Of a DNA stretch of 64,000 bases, positions 28,109 through 36,782 are shown piece after piece (the stretch's first letter is position 1; every line of letters begins with the position of its first letter). Where the stretch lies: contig CBDBIN010000045.1 of NCBI GenBank assembly GCA_965206125.1, positions 772,531 through 836,530 of the forward strand. Direction: 5' to 3'. The position numbers and the translations under genes are program-made. Below the pieces are notes generated by a model. That model had not been told where the DNA came from. It searched no databases and was given only the letters and a program-made list of their open reading frames with translations. Source of the stretch: Terriglobia bacterium (GTDB taxonomy: Bacteria > Acidobacteriota > Terriglobia > 20CM-2-55-15).

Positions 28109-29770
28109 TCACTGATCCACGGTCTTGACGACACAGGTGGAAGCCCGGCAGTAGTCCGAGTTTTCCGAACCCAACATCTCGAGAAATTCCACGGTCTCGG
28201 GATATTGCATGTTGTGCGCCTTAGGTCCGTTAGCCATGTCCGCCACCGTGTCACCGGTTCCGTCGACTTCCTCGTCAGCCCGACCTGCTCCACCGAAGAT
28301 CTTATTGGCGCGAGCATTGATATCCGCACCGGCTGCGATCAGATAGAGGATCAGGTCATGCTCGACTGTCAGTGCGGCGCCGTGCAGTGGCGTATACCCG
28401 TCTTTGTCCGGCAGGTTCACGTCAGCCCCGGTTGCCTCCACGAGGTAGCGGACGGCGTCGAGCCGGGCGTCGGGAGCAAAATGGGTGACCTGCGGTTCGA
28501 AGCCAAAACCCGCGGCAGCCAGAAGCGGTGACGCGCCACCCTTGGTCGGAATGGCCGGGTTTGCGCCGGCAGCGAGAAGGAGTTTCATCGCGGGCACATC
28601 ATTCGCTTTTGCCGCAAGCCAGAAAGCCGTCCCACCGATCGGCCGAATCCAGTCCCCATGGTTCGTCCGGTACAGCGGTTTCTTTTCGAGCCGTCGGTCG
28701 GGCTCCGCTCCGTTCTCGAGGAGCGCGGCAACCAGATCCAGATAGTCGGTCTGCTCTTCTTCGATACTCGGCGCCGGATACCAGGTACGCTCCGCCCACC
28801 GCGCGTCGATCGTCGCGTACAGCGGCGCCACTCCGTCCTTATTGGCCAGGTTGGGATCGGCGCCTTGTTGGAGGATGAAAGCGGCGACGTCGAGGCTGGA
28901 GTTGATGATTGCGGCATTCAATGGGCTGGCGCCATCCGAAGCTGCCACCAGGTCCACGTCGGCACCTGCGTCGACCAACTCTCTGGTGACGTCCAGGTGG
29001 CCTTCCCGAGCCGCAAAGTGCAGCGCGCTCAAGCCCCCAGAGAACCGCTCTTCACGATCCTCACGAACCATCGCGTTGCCGTCTTCGTCACGGTAACGAT
29101 CCCGCCAGGGGATGACCTCCGACAGTTTCGTCAGTGCATTGGGATCGGCGCCCGCCGCCCCAAGCATGCGGACGACGTCAGCCCTGCCCCTTGCTGCGGC
29201 GAACATCATAGCCGTCTGCTCGGTCGTCGTGTCGGCGGCGTTCACGTCAGCGCCTTGGGCGAGCAGTAACTCTACGGCATCGGTCTTACCCGAAGCCGCG
29301 GAATACATCAGCGGCGTCGTGCCGTTCGCATCCGGTGCATTCGCATCGCTACCTGCCTCTAACAGCAACTCGAGCATATCGGCGTTGCCGTTCTTCGAAG
29401 CCATGAGCATTGGGGTCAGGTCACCCAGGCGGGTCTCTACACCAACGTTCGCGCCGGCTTCGATCAGCAAACGGGCCATCTCGAGGTCTTCGCGGTATGC
29501 AGCCCAGTGCAGGGCCGTGGTGCCGTCTCCCTGCGGAGCGTTCACATCCGCACTCCGACCGAGTAGCGATCGCACGGACTCAATGTCGCCCCGCATGGCC
29601 GCATCGGCGATAGGAGCATCCACCGCGCCGCCGTATGCGATGGCCGGTCCGGCCGCGACGGTCAGCAGTACCACCAATAACGCAAGGATCGTGCCTTTCC
29701 CGAACATGTGTCGTTCCTTCAAGAGCTGTTGGCTTTTAGCCTTTGGCTTCAAATGAGATCCAATAGCCAA
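28109..29770 (-). CDS. secreted ankyrin-repeat protein (module copy 2)
   Basis: 553 aa with a signal peptide and ankyrin repeats. The C-terminal motif is GDTVADMANGPKAHNMQYPETVEFLEMLGSENSDYCRASTCVVKT. Confidence 0.85.
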   Translation of the reverse strand: MAIGSHLKPKAKSQQLLKERHMFGKGTILALLVVLLTVAAGPAIAYGGAVDAPIADAAMRGDIESVRSLLGRSADVNAPQGDGTTALHWAAYREDLEMARLLIEAGANVGVETRLGDLTPMLMASKNGNADMLELLLEAGSDANAPDANGTTPLMYSAASGKTDAVELLLAQGADVNAADTTTEQTAMMFAAARGRADVVRMLGAAGADPNALTKLSEVIPWRDRYRDEDGNAMVREDREERFSGGLSALHFAAREGHLDVTRELVDAGADVDLVAASDGASPLNAAIINSSLDVAAFILQQGADPNLANKDGVAPLYATIDARWAERTWYPAPSIEEEQTDYLDLVAALLENGAEPDRRLEKKPLYRTNHGDWIRPIGGTAFWLAAKANDVPAMKLLLAAGANPAIPTKGGASPLLAAAGFGFEPQVTHFAPDARLDAVRYLVEATGADVNLPDKDGYTPLHGAALTVEHDLILYLIAAGADINARANKIFGGAGRADEEVDGTGDTVADMANGPKAHNMQYPETVEFLEMLGSENSDYCRASTCVVKTVDQ

Positions 29771-29793
29771 TAGCTATTGGCTAATGACCTGTG

Positions 29794-31164
29794 TCAGATC
29801 GAATACGTCGCCGTACTGTCGCCGACGCTTTCGACATCGACACCCAGGCTGTGCATCGTGGTCAGCAGCGCATTCGCCTGCGGCGCGTCATCAGCGGCCC
29901 GGACGTGGGTATTGCCCTGCACCCTTCCGGAAGCGTGACCCATCAGGACCACGGGAACACGCTTATGACCATGAATGTTGCCGTCTCCCATCGGGCTGCC
30001 GTAGAAGACCAGCGAGTGGTCGAGCAGGTTCCCGTCACCGTCGGGAGTGTTTTTGAGCTTGTCGATCAGATGCTTGAGCATCGTGACGTGATGGCGATTG
30101 ATCTTCGCGAAGTCCTCAATCATCTCGGGCTTCTGCTGGTGGTGCGAGGCCGAGTGGAACGGGGTATCGCTACCGCTCTCGGGGAATGTCCGCGGGCTGA
30201 CATCACGGGCCATCTTGAGGGTGGACACGCGAGTAACGTCCGCCGAGAAGGCCAGCACCTGCAGGTCGAACATGAGCTTGATGTGCTCTTCCCAGGAATC
30301 CGGCACGCCGACCGGCGCATCCGGCAATTCCCGTTCCGCCCCGGAGGCGTTGTATTCCTCGATCCTCTGGATTCGGCGTTCGATCTCCCGGACATTTTCA
30401 AGATAGTCATCGAGTCGATTCTGATCCGCCTGTCCGATATCGGTCCGAAGCCGAGCTACGGAGTTCGTGATGCGATCGAGGATGCTCCGGTTGACCTGCT
30501 GCCGGGCTACACGTTCTTCAGGGGTGCCGCCGGTTCCGAACAGCTCTTCGAACGCCAGGCGTGGGTCCTGAATCATCGGCAGCGGGGTCGTCGGCGACGC
30601 CCAGCTAAGCGTGTCCATGTAAACGCAGCTGTAGTGGTAGCCGCAGGCGCCGGAGGTGTCCTGGTTCTCAATGCTGAGGTTGATCGATGGCAGCGGTGTG
30701 TCCTGACCAAACTTCTGGGCGTACATCTGATCGATTGACGTTCCGTTGTAGACGTCTGACCCCTCGGTCTGCTTCGGGTGCGCTCCGGTCAGGAACACGG
30801 CGCTCGAACGAAAATGGTCGGCTCCGACCTCTTCCGCCGTCATAGGATCCGCCTGACCGCAATCCGTGTTGCTGATGATCGTCATGTAGTCGCGGTACGA
30901 CTCCAGTGGTTCGAGGATCTGGGTGACGTCGAAATCGTGGCCCTCGGCCGCGGGTGCCCAGAGGTTTTTCTCGGTCCCGTACATCGTGCTGCCCGAATTG
31001 CCGTGAACGATCTCAATGGCCGCGAAACGGCTCCTTGGAGCCGCGGCCGTCTGTGCCAGCGCGGTCCGTGCGGGCACCATGGATTCGAGCAAGGGCAAGG
31101 CAACAACTACCCCCGCGCCCTTTAGCATCGTTCGTCTGGAAATGTTCTTCCTGGTGATGAACAT
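29794..31164 (-). CDS. DUF1552 family Tat-exported protein (module copy 2)
   Basis: 456 aa. Tat signal SRRTMLKGAGVVVALPLLESM. TPFHSASHHQQ motif. Confidence 0.85.
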   Translation of the reverse strand: MFITRKNISRRTMLKGAGVVVALPLLESMVPARTALAQTAAAPRSRFAAIEIVHGNSGSTMYGTEKNLWAPAAEGHDFDVTQILEPLESYRDYMTIISNTDCGQADPMTAEEVGADHFRSSAVFLTGAHPKQTEGSDVYNGTSIDQMYAQKFGQDTPLPSINLSIENQDTSGACGYHYSCVYMDTLSWASPTTPLPMIQDPRLAFEELFGTGGTPEERVARQQVNRSILDRITNSVARLRTDIGQADQNRLDDYLENVREIERRIQRIEEYNASGAERELPDAPVGVPDSWEEHIKLMFDLQVLAFSADVTRVSTLKMARDVSPRTFPESGSDTPFHSASHHQQKPEMIEDFAKINRHHVTMLKHLIDKLKNTPDGDGNLLDHSLVFYGSPMGDGNIHGHKRVPVVLMGHASGRVQGNTHVRAADDAPQANALLTTMHSLGVDVESVGDSTATYSI

Positions 31165-31221
31165 GATCCGGCTCTCCTTGTGATTATCCAGCGATCTTCA
31201 GAAACTCGCCTGAATTCTACC

Positions 31222-33606
31222 TTATCTGCCCTCGGCTGCCTCAATAGAACTTGGGCTCTCCAGCCTCATCTGAAACGGCGTGCTCTCGATGATGCTCATA
31301 ATAAAGGCCGAGAAAGCGTTTCCCTCCTCGGACGCAGACCCCGCGATGGACCGGACGGTCGGCATGTCCCGGTAGTCCAACACCCTACCGAGGGCGTAGG
31401 AAAGGAGCTTTTCGGTAAAGCTTCCGAGAAAAGCATCGGAACGGCCTACGATAGCCTCGCGGAGGCTACTCGGACCGTCCAGTTCGGTCCCGTCATACAT
31501 CCGGGAACCCGCGTCGATCCGGAAACCGCCGTCCGTCGCGCGCCAGTACCCGATGGCATCGAAGTTCTCCAGCGTCAATCCAATGGGGTCCATGATCTGG
31601 TGGCACGCGTTGCATGCCGGGTTTTCGCGGTGCGCGACCATTCGGTCGCGAACGGTCAGCACGGCTTCGTTATTGACGCTTTCCTCGAACGGCGGCACGA
31701 CCGGGGGAGGAAGCGGCGGAGGTGAGCCGAGCAGAACTTCCAGCACGTACTTTCCGCGCGCGACCGGCGAAGTCCGGTTCGACAGCGAAGTCACTGCCAG
31801 TACGGCTCCTTTGCCCAGCAGTCCGAACCGGTTCGGATCCTCCAGGGATACTCTGCGGAAGCGGCTCCCCACGATGTCGGGAATCCCGTAGTGAGTGGCG
31901 AGCGGTTCGTTGACGAACGTATAGTCCGCGGTGAGCAGATCGAGTACGCTTCGATCCTCTCGCACGATCGTATCAAACAGGAGCTCGACCTCCCGCTTCA
32001 TCGATCGCGCCAGGTTCCTTGTGAACTCGGGAAACAGCGTTCCCTCCGGATGAACCTCTTCAATGCTGGTCAGCCTCAGCCACTGCATCGCGAAGTTTGT
32101 CGCCAGCGTCTCGGAACGGGGATCGGCCAACATGCGCCTCACCTGCTCGGCGAGGACTCCCTCCTCGTGAAGCCCGCTTTGACTCGCGATCTCGATCAGT
32201 TCGGCGTCAGGCGCAGAGTTCCACAGGAAGTACGACAACCGAGAAGCCAGTTCCAGATCGCTGACGCGGAAGCTATCACCGGATCCGACACCGGCGGGAA
32301 CGCGCTCGAAACGGAAGACGAACTCGGGCATGGCTATGAGCGTCTGCACGGCCGTTCGGATTCCGGTTTCGAAGTCACCTCTCCCGACGCCCATCCCGTA
32401 CATGAACATCAATTCTTCGAGATCCGCCGGCGTCGCAGGTCGTCGGAAGGCCTGGGTTGCAAGACTCGAAAGGATCTCCCGCGCGCAGGGTCCCTCCTCA
32501 CTCGCATCGGTCGGGTAACACGTGAAGATTTTCCGGCGGCTGTCGGTATCGGACACGCCCGTGACCTTCAGCGGCCCCGTAATGGTGAACGTCCTCAGGT
32601 GGGGCGGCAGTGAGGTTCCGAAGTTCCTGCCGTAATCGAGATCCACCAGCGTCTGCTCCACGACCCGATAGGGGTCCTCGCCGGCACCCTCGTACTTGGA
32701 CACGAACGCCGCCGAAACCCGGCGCGCTCCAGCCTGGATTTCGATCGCATCCGTCACCATCACGCCATCGCTGAGTTCGTTCATCAGCGGATCGATCGTG
32801 AACACGACAACTCGCTCCCCGTCGATGGAAATCTCGAGTTCCTGGTACTGCAACGATTCCGGCAGCTCTCGGCCGATGAGGTCTCCGGTATCGACGTACC
32901 AGAGCTTCATCTGGAAAGCGTATTCGCCGTCGGCCGGGAAGTTATGAATGACGGACATCCCTCCTCGTGTCCCGAACGGGGTGCCCTCGACGTGCCGCAT
33001 CTGGTTGACGACTTTAGGGACATCGTATTGCTTGACGGCGACAACGGCCTCCGGGTCTCCGACCGCAAGGCGCGCGATTGTGTCGGCAGCGCGGACGTAC
33101 GCCTGCATGAGTGCCGGCGTCACGGTCAGCGCCTCAGACATGTTGTCGAAACCACCCGTGCGGCCATCGGGCGGGAGCAGCGCCGCAACATCCACGTCGA
33201 GACTGAGCAGATCTCGGATCGAGTTGCGGTACTCCTTGCGGTTCACCCGGTGAAGGTCAGGCGCGCTGACGTTGGGGTTGTCGGCGGCAACCCGATCGAT
33301 CCGGGCTTCCAGTCCAGCGGCAAGGTTTCTGAGCGAGTCCTCGTCGGGTCTGGGCGCGCCTGCCGGGGGCATCATGCCGGCCCGCAGCTTTCGGATAACT
33401 TCCTCCGCCTGTCGGGCGTTAGCGGCGGGGTTCGCCACATCAATTTCGCTCCACGAGAAGCCGCCCTCTCTCAGGGCATCATTGTGGCAGTAGGCACAGT
33501 ACTCGCCAACCAGGGCCTCGTGGGATTCGACGGATGACCCCTGACCGTAGGCCACGGGGGCCAGCGCGAAGATAACCGGGCCTATAGCGGCCAACATCGC
33601 TCTCAT
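31222..33606 (-). CDS. DUF1592-type putative di-haem cytochrome c (module copy 2)
   Basis: 794 aa. EYCAYCHNDAL and ENPACNACHQIMDPIGL motifs. SPPPLPPPVVPPFEE linker. About 75% identical to copy 3 over the N-terminal 200 aa by eye. Confidence 0.85.
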   Translation of the reverse strand: MRAMLAAIGPVIFALAPVAYGQGSSVESHEALVGEYCAYCHNDALREGGFSWSEIDVANPAANARQAEEVIRKLRAGMMPPAGAPRPDEDSLRNLAAGLEARIDRVAADNPNVSAPDLHRVNRKEYRNSIRDLLSLDVDVAALLPPDGRTGGFDNMSEALTVTPALMQAYVRAADTIARLAVGDPEAVVAVKQYDVPKVVNQMRHVEGTPFGTRGGMSVIHNFPADGEYAFQMKLWYVDTGDLIGRELPESLQYQELEISIDGERVVVFTIDPLMNELSDGVMVTDAIEIQAGARRVSAAFVSKYEGAGEDPYRVVEQTLVDLDYGRNFGTSLPPHLRTFTITGPLKVTGVSDTDSRRKIFTCYPTDASEEGPCAREILSSLATQAFRRPATPADLEELMFMYGMGVGRGDFETGIRTAVQTLIAMPEFVFRFERVPAGVGSGDSFRVSDLELASRLSYFLWNSAPDAELIEIASQSGLHEEGVLAEQVRRMLADPRSETLATNFAMQWLRLTSIEEVHPEGTLFPEFTRNLARSMKREVELLFDTIVREDRSVLDLLTADYTFVNEPLATHYGIPDIVGSRFRRVSLEDPNRFGLLGKGAVLAVTSLSNRTSPVARGKYVLEVLLGSPPPLPPPVVPPFEESVNNEAVLTVRDRMVAHRENPACNACHQIMDPIGLTLENFDAIGYWRATDGGFRIDAGSRMYDGTELDGPSSLREAIVGRSDAFLGSFTEKLLSYALGRVLDYRDMPTVRSIAGSASEEGNAFSAFIMSIIESTPFQMRLESPSSIEAAEGR

Positions 33607-33642
33607 TGCTACAACTCCTGCTTACTCAGCAGCCCGTGGCCG

Positions 33643-35265
33643 CTAATTCTGCGATCCATCCCGTGTCTTGATCACGCACGTCGACGCCCTGCAGTTGTTC
33701 GAGTTCTCCGAACCCAGACTTTCGAGCAATTCGACAGTGGCGGGGTACTGCAGGTTGTGAGCACGCGGACCATTCGCCATGTCGGCGACCGTATCGCCCG
33801 TTTCCCCCTCGACGTTGAGATCACGTCTGCCGAGACCGCCAAAGACCATGTAGGCGCGGGCCCCAGGGTCCCCACCGGCCGCCATCAAGTACCTGATCAA
33901 CTCGTGGTTCTCAGTCAGTGCCGCTCCATGCAGCGGCGTGTACCCGTTGTTGTCCCGCGAGGTCACATCCAGGCCGATTTCTTCGATCAGGTACCGGACA
34001 GCGGCCACTCTCTGACCCGGCGCAAAGTTCGTCACCTGGGGTTCAAGACCGAAACCGGCCGCCACCATCAGTGAGGTCGCGCCTTGATTCGATCTGGCGG
34101 TGGGATCCGCGCCGGCGGCGATGAGCAACTTCATGGCCGGAACGTCGTTGGCTTTTGCAGCCAGCCAGAACGGGGTTGCACCGGCCGGCCTGGCCCAGTC
34201 GCCGTGCTCGGTCCGGTACCACGGTTTGTTCTCCAGGATCTGATTGACCTCGGCACCACGTTCGATGAGCGCCCTGGCAAGGTCCAGATAGTTGGTCGCT
34301 TCCTGATCGATACTCGGTGCCGGGTACCAGGTGCGCTCTGCCCACCTGGCGTCGATCGTCGCGTATAACGGGGCCTGTCCGTCGATGTTGGGCAGGTTGG
34401 GATCGGCTCCCTCTTCGACCAGGTACCTGGCGATGTCGCTATGGCCGTTGATGATGGCCGAAGTCAGAACGCTGGTTTCATCGGCAACCGAAACGCGGTC
34501 GATGTCCGCTCCGGAGTCCAACAGTGCGCGGATGGCGTTCATATGGCCCTGACGCGCCGCAAAGTGCAGCGCGGTCATCCCACCCATTAACTCTGCATCG
34601 TAATCTTCGCGGATCTGGATGCTGCCGTCCTCATCACGGTATTTCTGATCGAACGTGATGACCTCGCTCACCTTCGTAACCACGTCCAGGTCCGCGTCCG
34701 CAGCGGCAAGCACCCGGATTGCGCCAGCCCGGTCGAGGGCCGAGGCGAACATCGTCGCCGTCTGCCCGTTCGTGGTGTCTCTGGCGTTCACGTCAGCGCC
34801 ACCGTCGAGCAGCGTCTGAACCGCGGCTGCCTCGCCGGCAGCCGCAGCGTACATCAACAAGGTTGTCCCGTTCGTGTCGGTGGAGTTCGCATCAGCCCCG
34901 GCTTTGATCAGCAGCTCGACCATGGCGGCGTTCCCATTCTTGGCAGCCATCACGATGGGGATGAGCTCGTTCACCCGAGTCCTGGCCCCGACGTCCGCTC
35001 CCGCTGCGAGCAGCAGGGTCGCCATCTCCAGGTCGTCCCTGTAGGCCGCCCAGTGCAGCGCTGTTGTGCCGTCACCCTGCGGCGCATTCACATCCGCTTT
35101 CTGCTCCAGCAGGCTGCGTACGGCCTCGATGGCGCCCCGCATGGCCGCGTCGGCGAGCGGTGAGTCCGCTTCGGATGCCAGCGCTGTCGAGCCTGCGGCT
35201 GCAAGAAGCATCGCCATGCACGACCCGAGAATTGCGTGTTTACCGAACATGTATCGCCCCTTCAA
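33643..35265 (-). CDS. secreted ankyrin-repeat protein (module copy 3)
   Basis: 540 aa. The C-terminal motif is GDTVADMANGPRAHNLQYPATVELLESLGSENSNNCRASTCVIKT. The stop lies 36 nt upstream of the start of the copy-2 cytochrome gene. Confidence 0.85.
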   Translation of the reverse strand: MKGRYMFGKHAILGSCMAMLLAAAGSTALASEADSPLADAAMRGAIEAVRSLLEQKADVNAPQGDGTTALHWAAYRDDLEMATLLLAAGADVGARTRVNELIPIVMAAKNGNAAMVELLIKAGADANSTDTNGTTLLMYAAAAGEAAAVQTLLDGGADVNARDTTNGQTATMFASALDRAGAIRVLAAADADLDVVTKVSEVITFDQKYRDEDGSIQIREDYDAELMGGMTALHFAARQGHMNAIRALLDSGADIDRVSVADETSVLTSAIINGHSDIARYLVEEGADPNLPNIDGQAPLYATIDARWAERTWYPAPSIDQEATNYLDLARALIERGAEVNQILENKPWYRTEHGDWARPAGATPFWLAAKANDVPAMKLLIAAGADPTARSNQGATSLMVAAGFGLEPQVTNFAPGQRVAAVRYLIEEIGLDVTSRDNNGYTPLHGAALTENHELIRYLMAAGGDPGARAYMVFGGLGRRDLNVEGETGDTVADMANGPRAHNLQYPATVELLESLGSENSNNCRASTCVIKTRDGSQN

Positions 35266-35365
35266 GACTCTGTTGGCCTTTGGCTGTTAGCTTCAAGACC
35301 GCTAGCTTCAAATTAGATCCGATAGCCAAAAGCCAATCGCTAATCGCCAAAGGCTAGTCGCTAGA

Positions 35366-36736
35366 TCAGATCGAAAACGTCCCAGTGCTGTCGCCGATGC
35401 TTTCCCTGTGCACCCCGAGGCTGTGCAGGACCGTCAGCAAAGCGTTGGCCTGCGGAGTATCCTCGGCGGCACGCACGTGCCGGTTGCCGGACACGGTCCC
35501 CGACGCATGACCGGCCAGGACGAACGGAATCCGCTTGTGGCCGTGGACATTGCTGTCGCCCATCGGACTGCCGTACAGGATGAGCGAGTGGTCCAGCAGG
35601 TTGCCGTCACCGTCCGGCGTATTCCGCAACTTGTCCAGAAAGTAGGTCAGGACATCGATATGGTGCCGGTTGATGAGGGCGAAGTCTTCGATCTGGGCAG
35701 GGTCCTGCTGGTGGTGTGACGCCGAGTGGAACGGTGCGGGGGTGCCGCTGTCCGGGTACGTCCGCTGACTGGTGTCGCGGCCAAGTTTCAGGGAGGACGC
35801 GCGAGTGACGTCCGCCGAGAAAGCCAGCGCCTGGAGGTCGTACATGATCTTGACGTGCTCCTCCCACGAATCAGGCACGCCGACCGGAGCGTTCGGCAGT
35901 TCTCTCTGCGCGCCCGACGCGTTGTACTCCTCGATCCTCTGAATCCGACGCTCGATCTCACGTACGTTCTCGAGATAATCGTCGAGCCGACTTCGGTCCA
36001 CGGGGTCCAGGTCGTTCCGCACGCGGGCCACCGAGGTTGTGATGCGGTCGAGGATGCTGCGATTGACTTCGCGCCTCGCGGCCCGCTCTGCCGGCGTGCC
36101 GCCCGATCCGAACAGTTGTTCGAAAGCCAGGCGCGGGTCCGGCGTCATCGGCAGCGGCGTCGTCGCGGACGACCAACTCAGAGTCTCCATGTAGACACAG
36201 CTGTAGTGGTAGCCGCAGGCGCCGGTGGTTTCCTGGTTCTCGATGCTGAGCTGAATCGAAGGGACCGGCGTATCCTGACCGAACTCCTGAGCGTAGAGTT
36301 GGTCGACCGACGGCCCGCAGTAAACGTCGGAACCCTCGGTCTGTTTCGGATGACCGCCGGTCAGGAACACCGCGCTCGACCGGAAATGATCGGCGCCGAC
36401 CTCCTCGGGCGTAAAGGGATCGGCCGGCCCGCAGTCGGTATGGGAGATGATCGTCGTGTAGTCGCGGAACGGTTCCATCGGTTCGAGGATCTGGCTGAAC
36501 TCGAAATCTCGGCCTTCCGCAGCCGGAGCCCAGAGGGCTTTTTCGGTCCCGTACATGGTGCTCCCGGCCGAACCATGGACGATCTCGATCCCGGCGAAGC
36601 GGCTTGGCGGAACCGCCGCCGTGTTTCTCAGCGGAGTCTGGGCGGGCACCATGGATTCCAGGAACGGCAGCGCGACCGCAACGCTGGCGCCATGTAGCAT
36701 CGTCCGTCTTGAAATGTGTTTCTTGGTGATAAACAT
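35366..36736 (-). CDS. DUF1552 family Tat-exported protein (module copy 3)
   Basis: 456 aa. Tat signal SRRTMLHGASVAVALPFLESM. APFHSASHHQQ motif. Confidence 0.85.
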   Translation of the reverse strand: MFITKKHISRRTMLHGASVAVALPFLESMVPAQTPLRNTAAVPPSRFAGIEIVHGSAGSTMYGTEKALWAPAAEGRDFEFSQILEPMEPFRDYTTIISHTDCGPADPFTPEEVGADHFRSSAVFLTGGHPKQTEGSDVYCGPSVDQLYAQEFGQDTPVPSIQLSIENQETTGACGYHYSCVYMETLSWSSATTPLPMTPDPRLAFEQLFGSGGTPAERAARREVNRSILDRITTSVARVRNDLDPVDRSRLDDYLENVREIERRIQRIEEYNASGAQRELPNAPVGVPDSWEEHVKIMYDLQALAFSADVTRASSLKLGRDTSQRTYPDSGTPAPFHSASHHQQDPAQIEDFALINRHHIDVLTYFLDKLRNTPDGDGNLLDHSLILYGSPMGDSNVHGHKRIPFVLAGHASGTVSGNRHVRAAEDTPQANALLTVLHSLGVHRESIGDSTGTFSI

Positions 36737-36782
36737 GGATCCGGCTCTCCTTAATTTTCTAATCCCTTCGTTCCTTCCCGTC

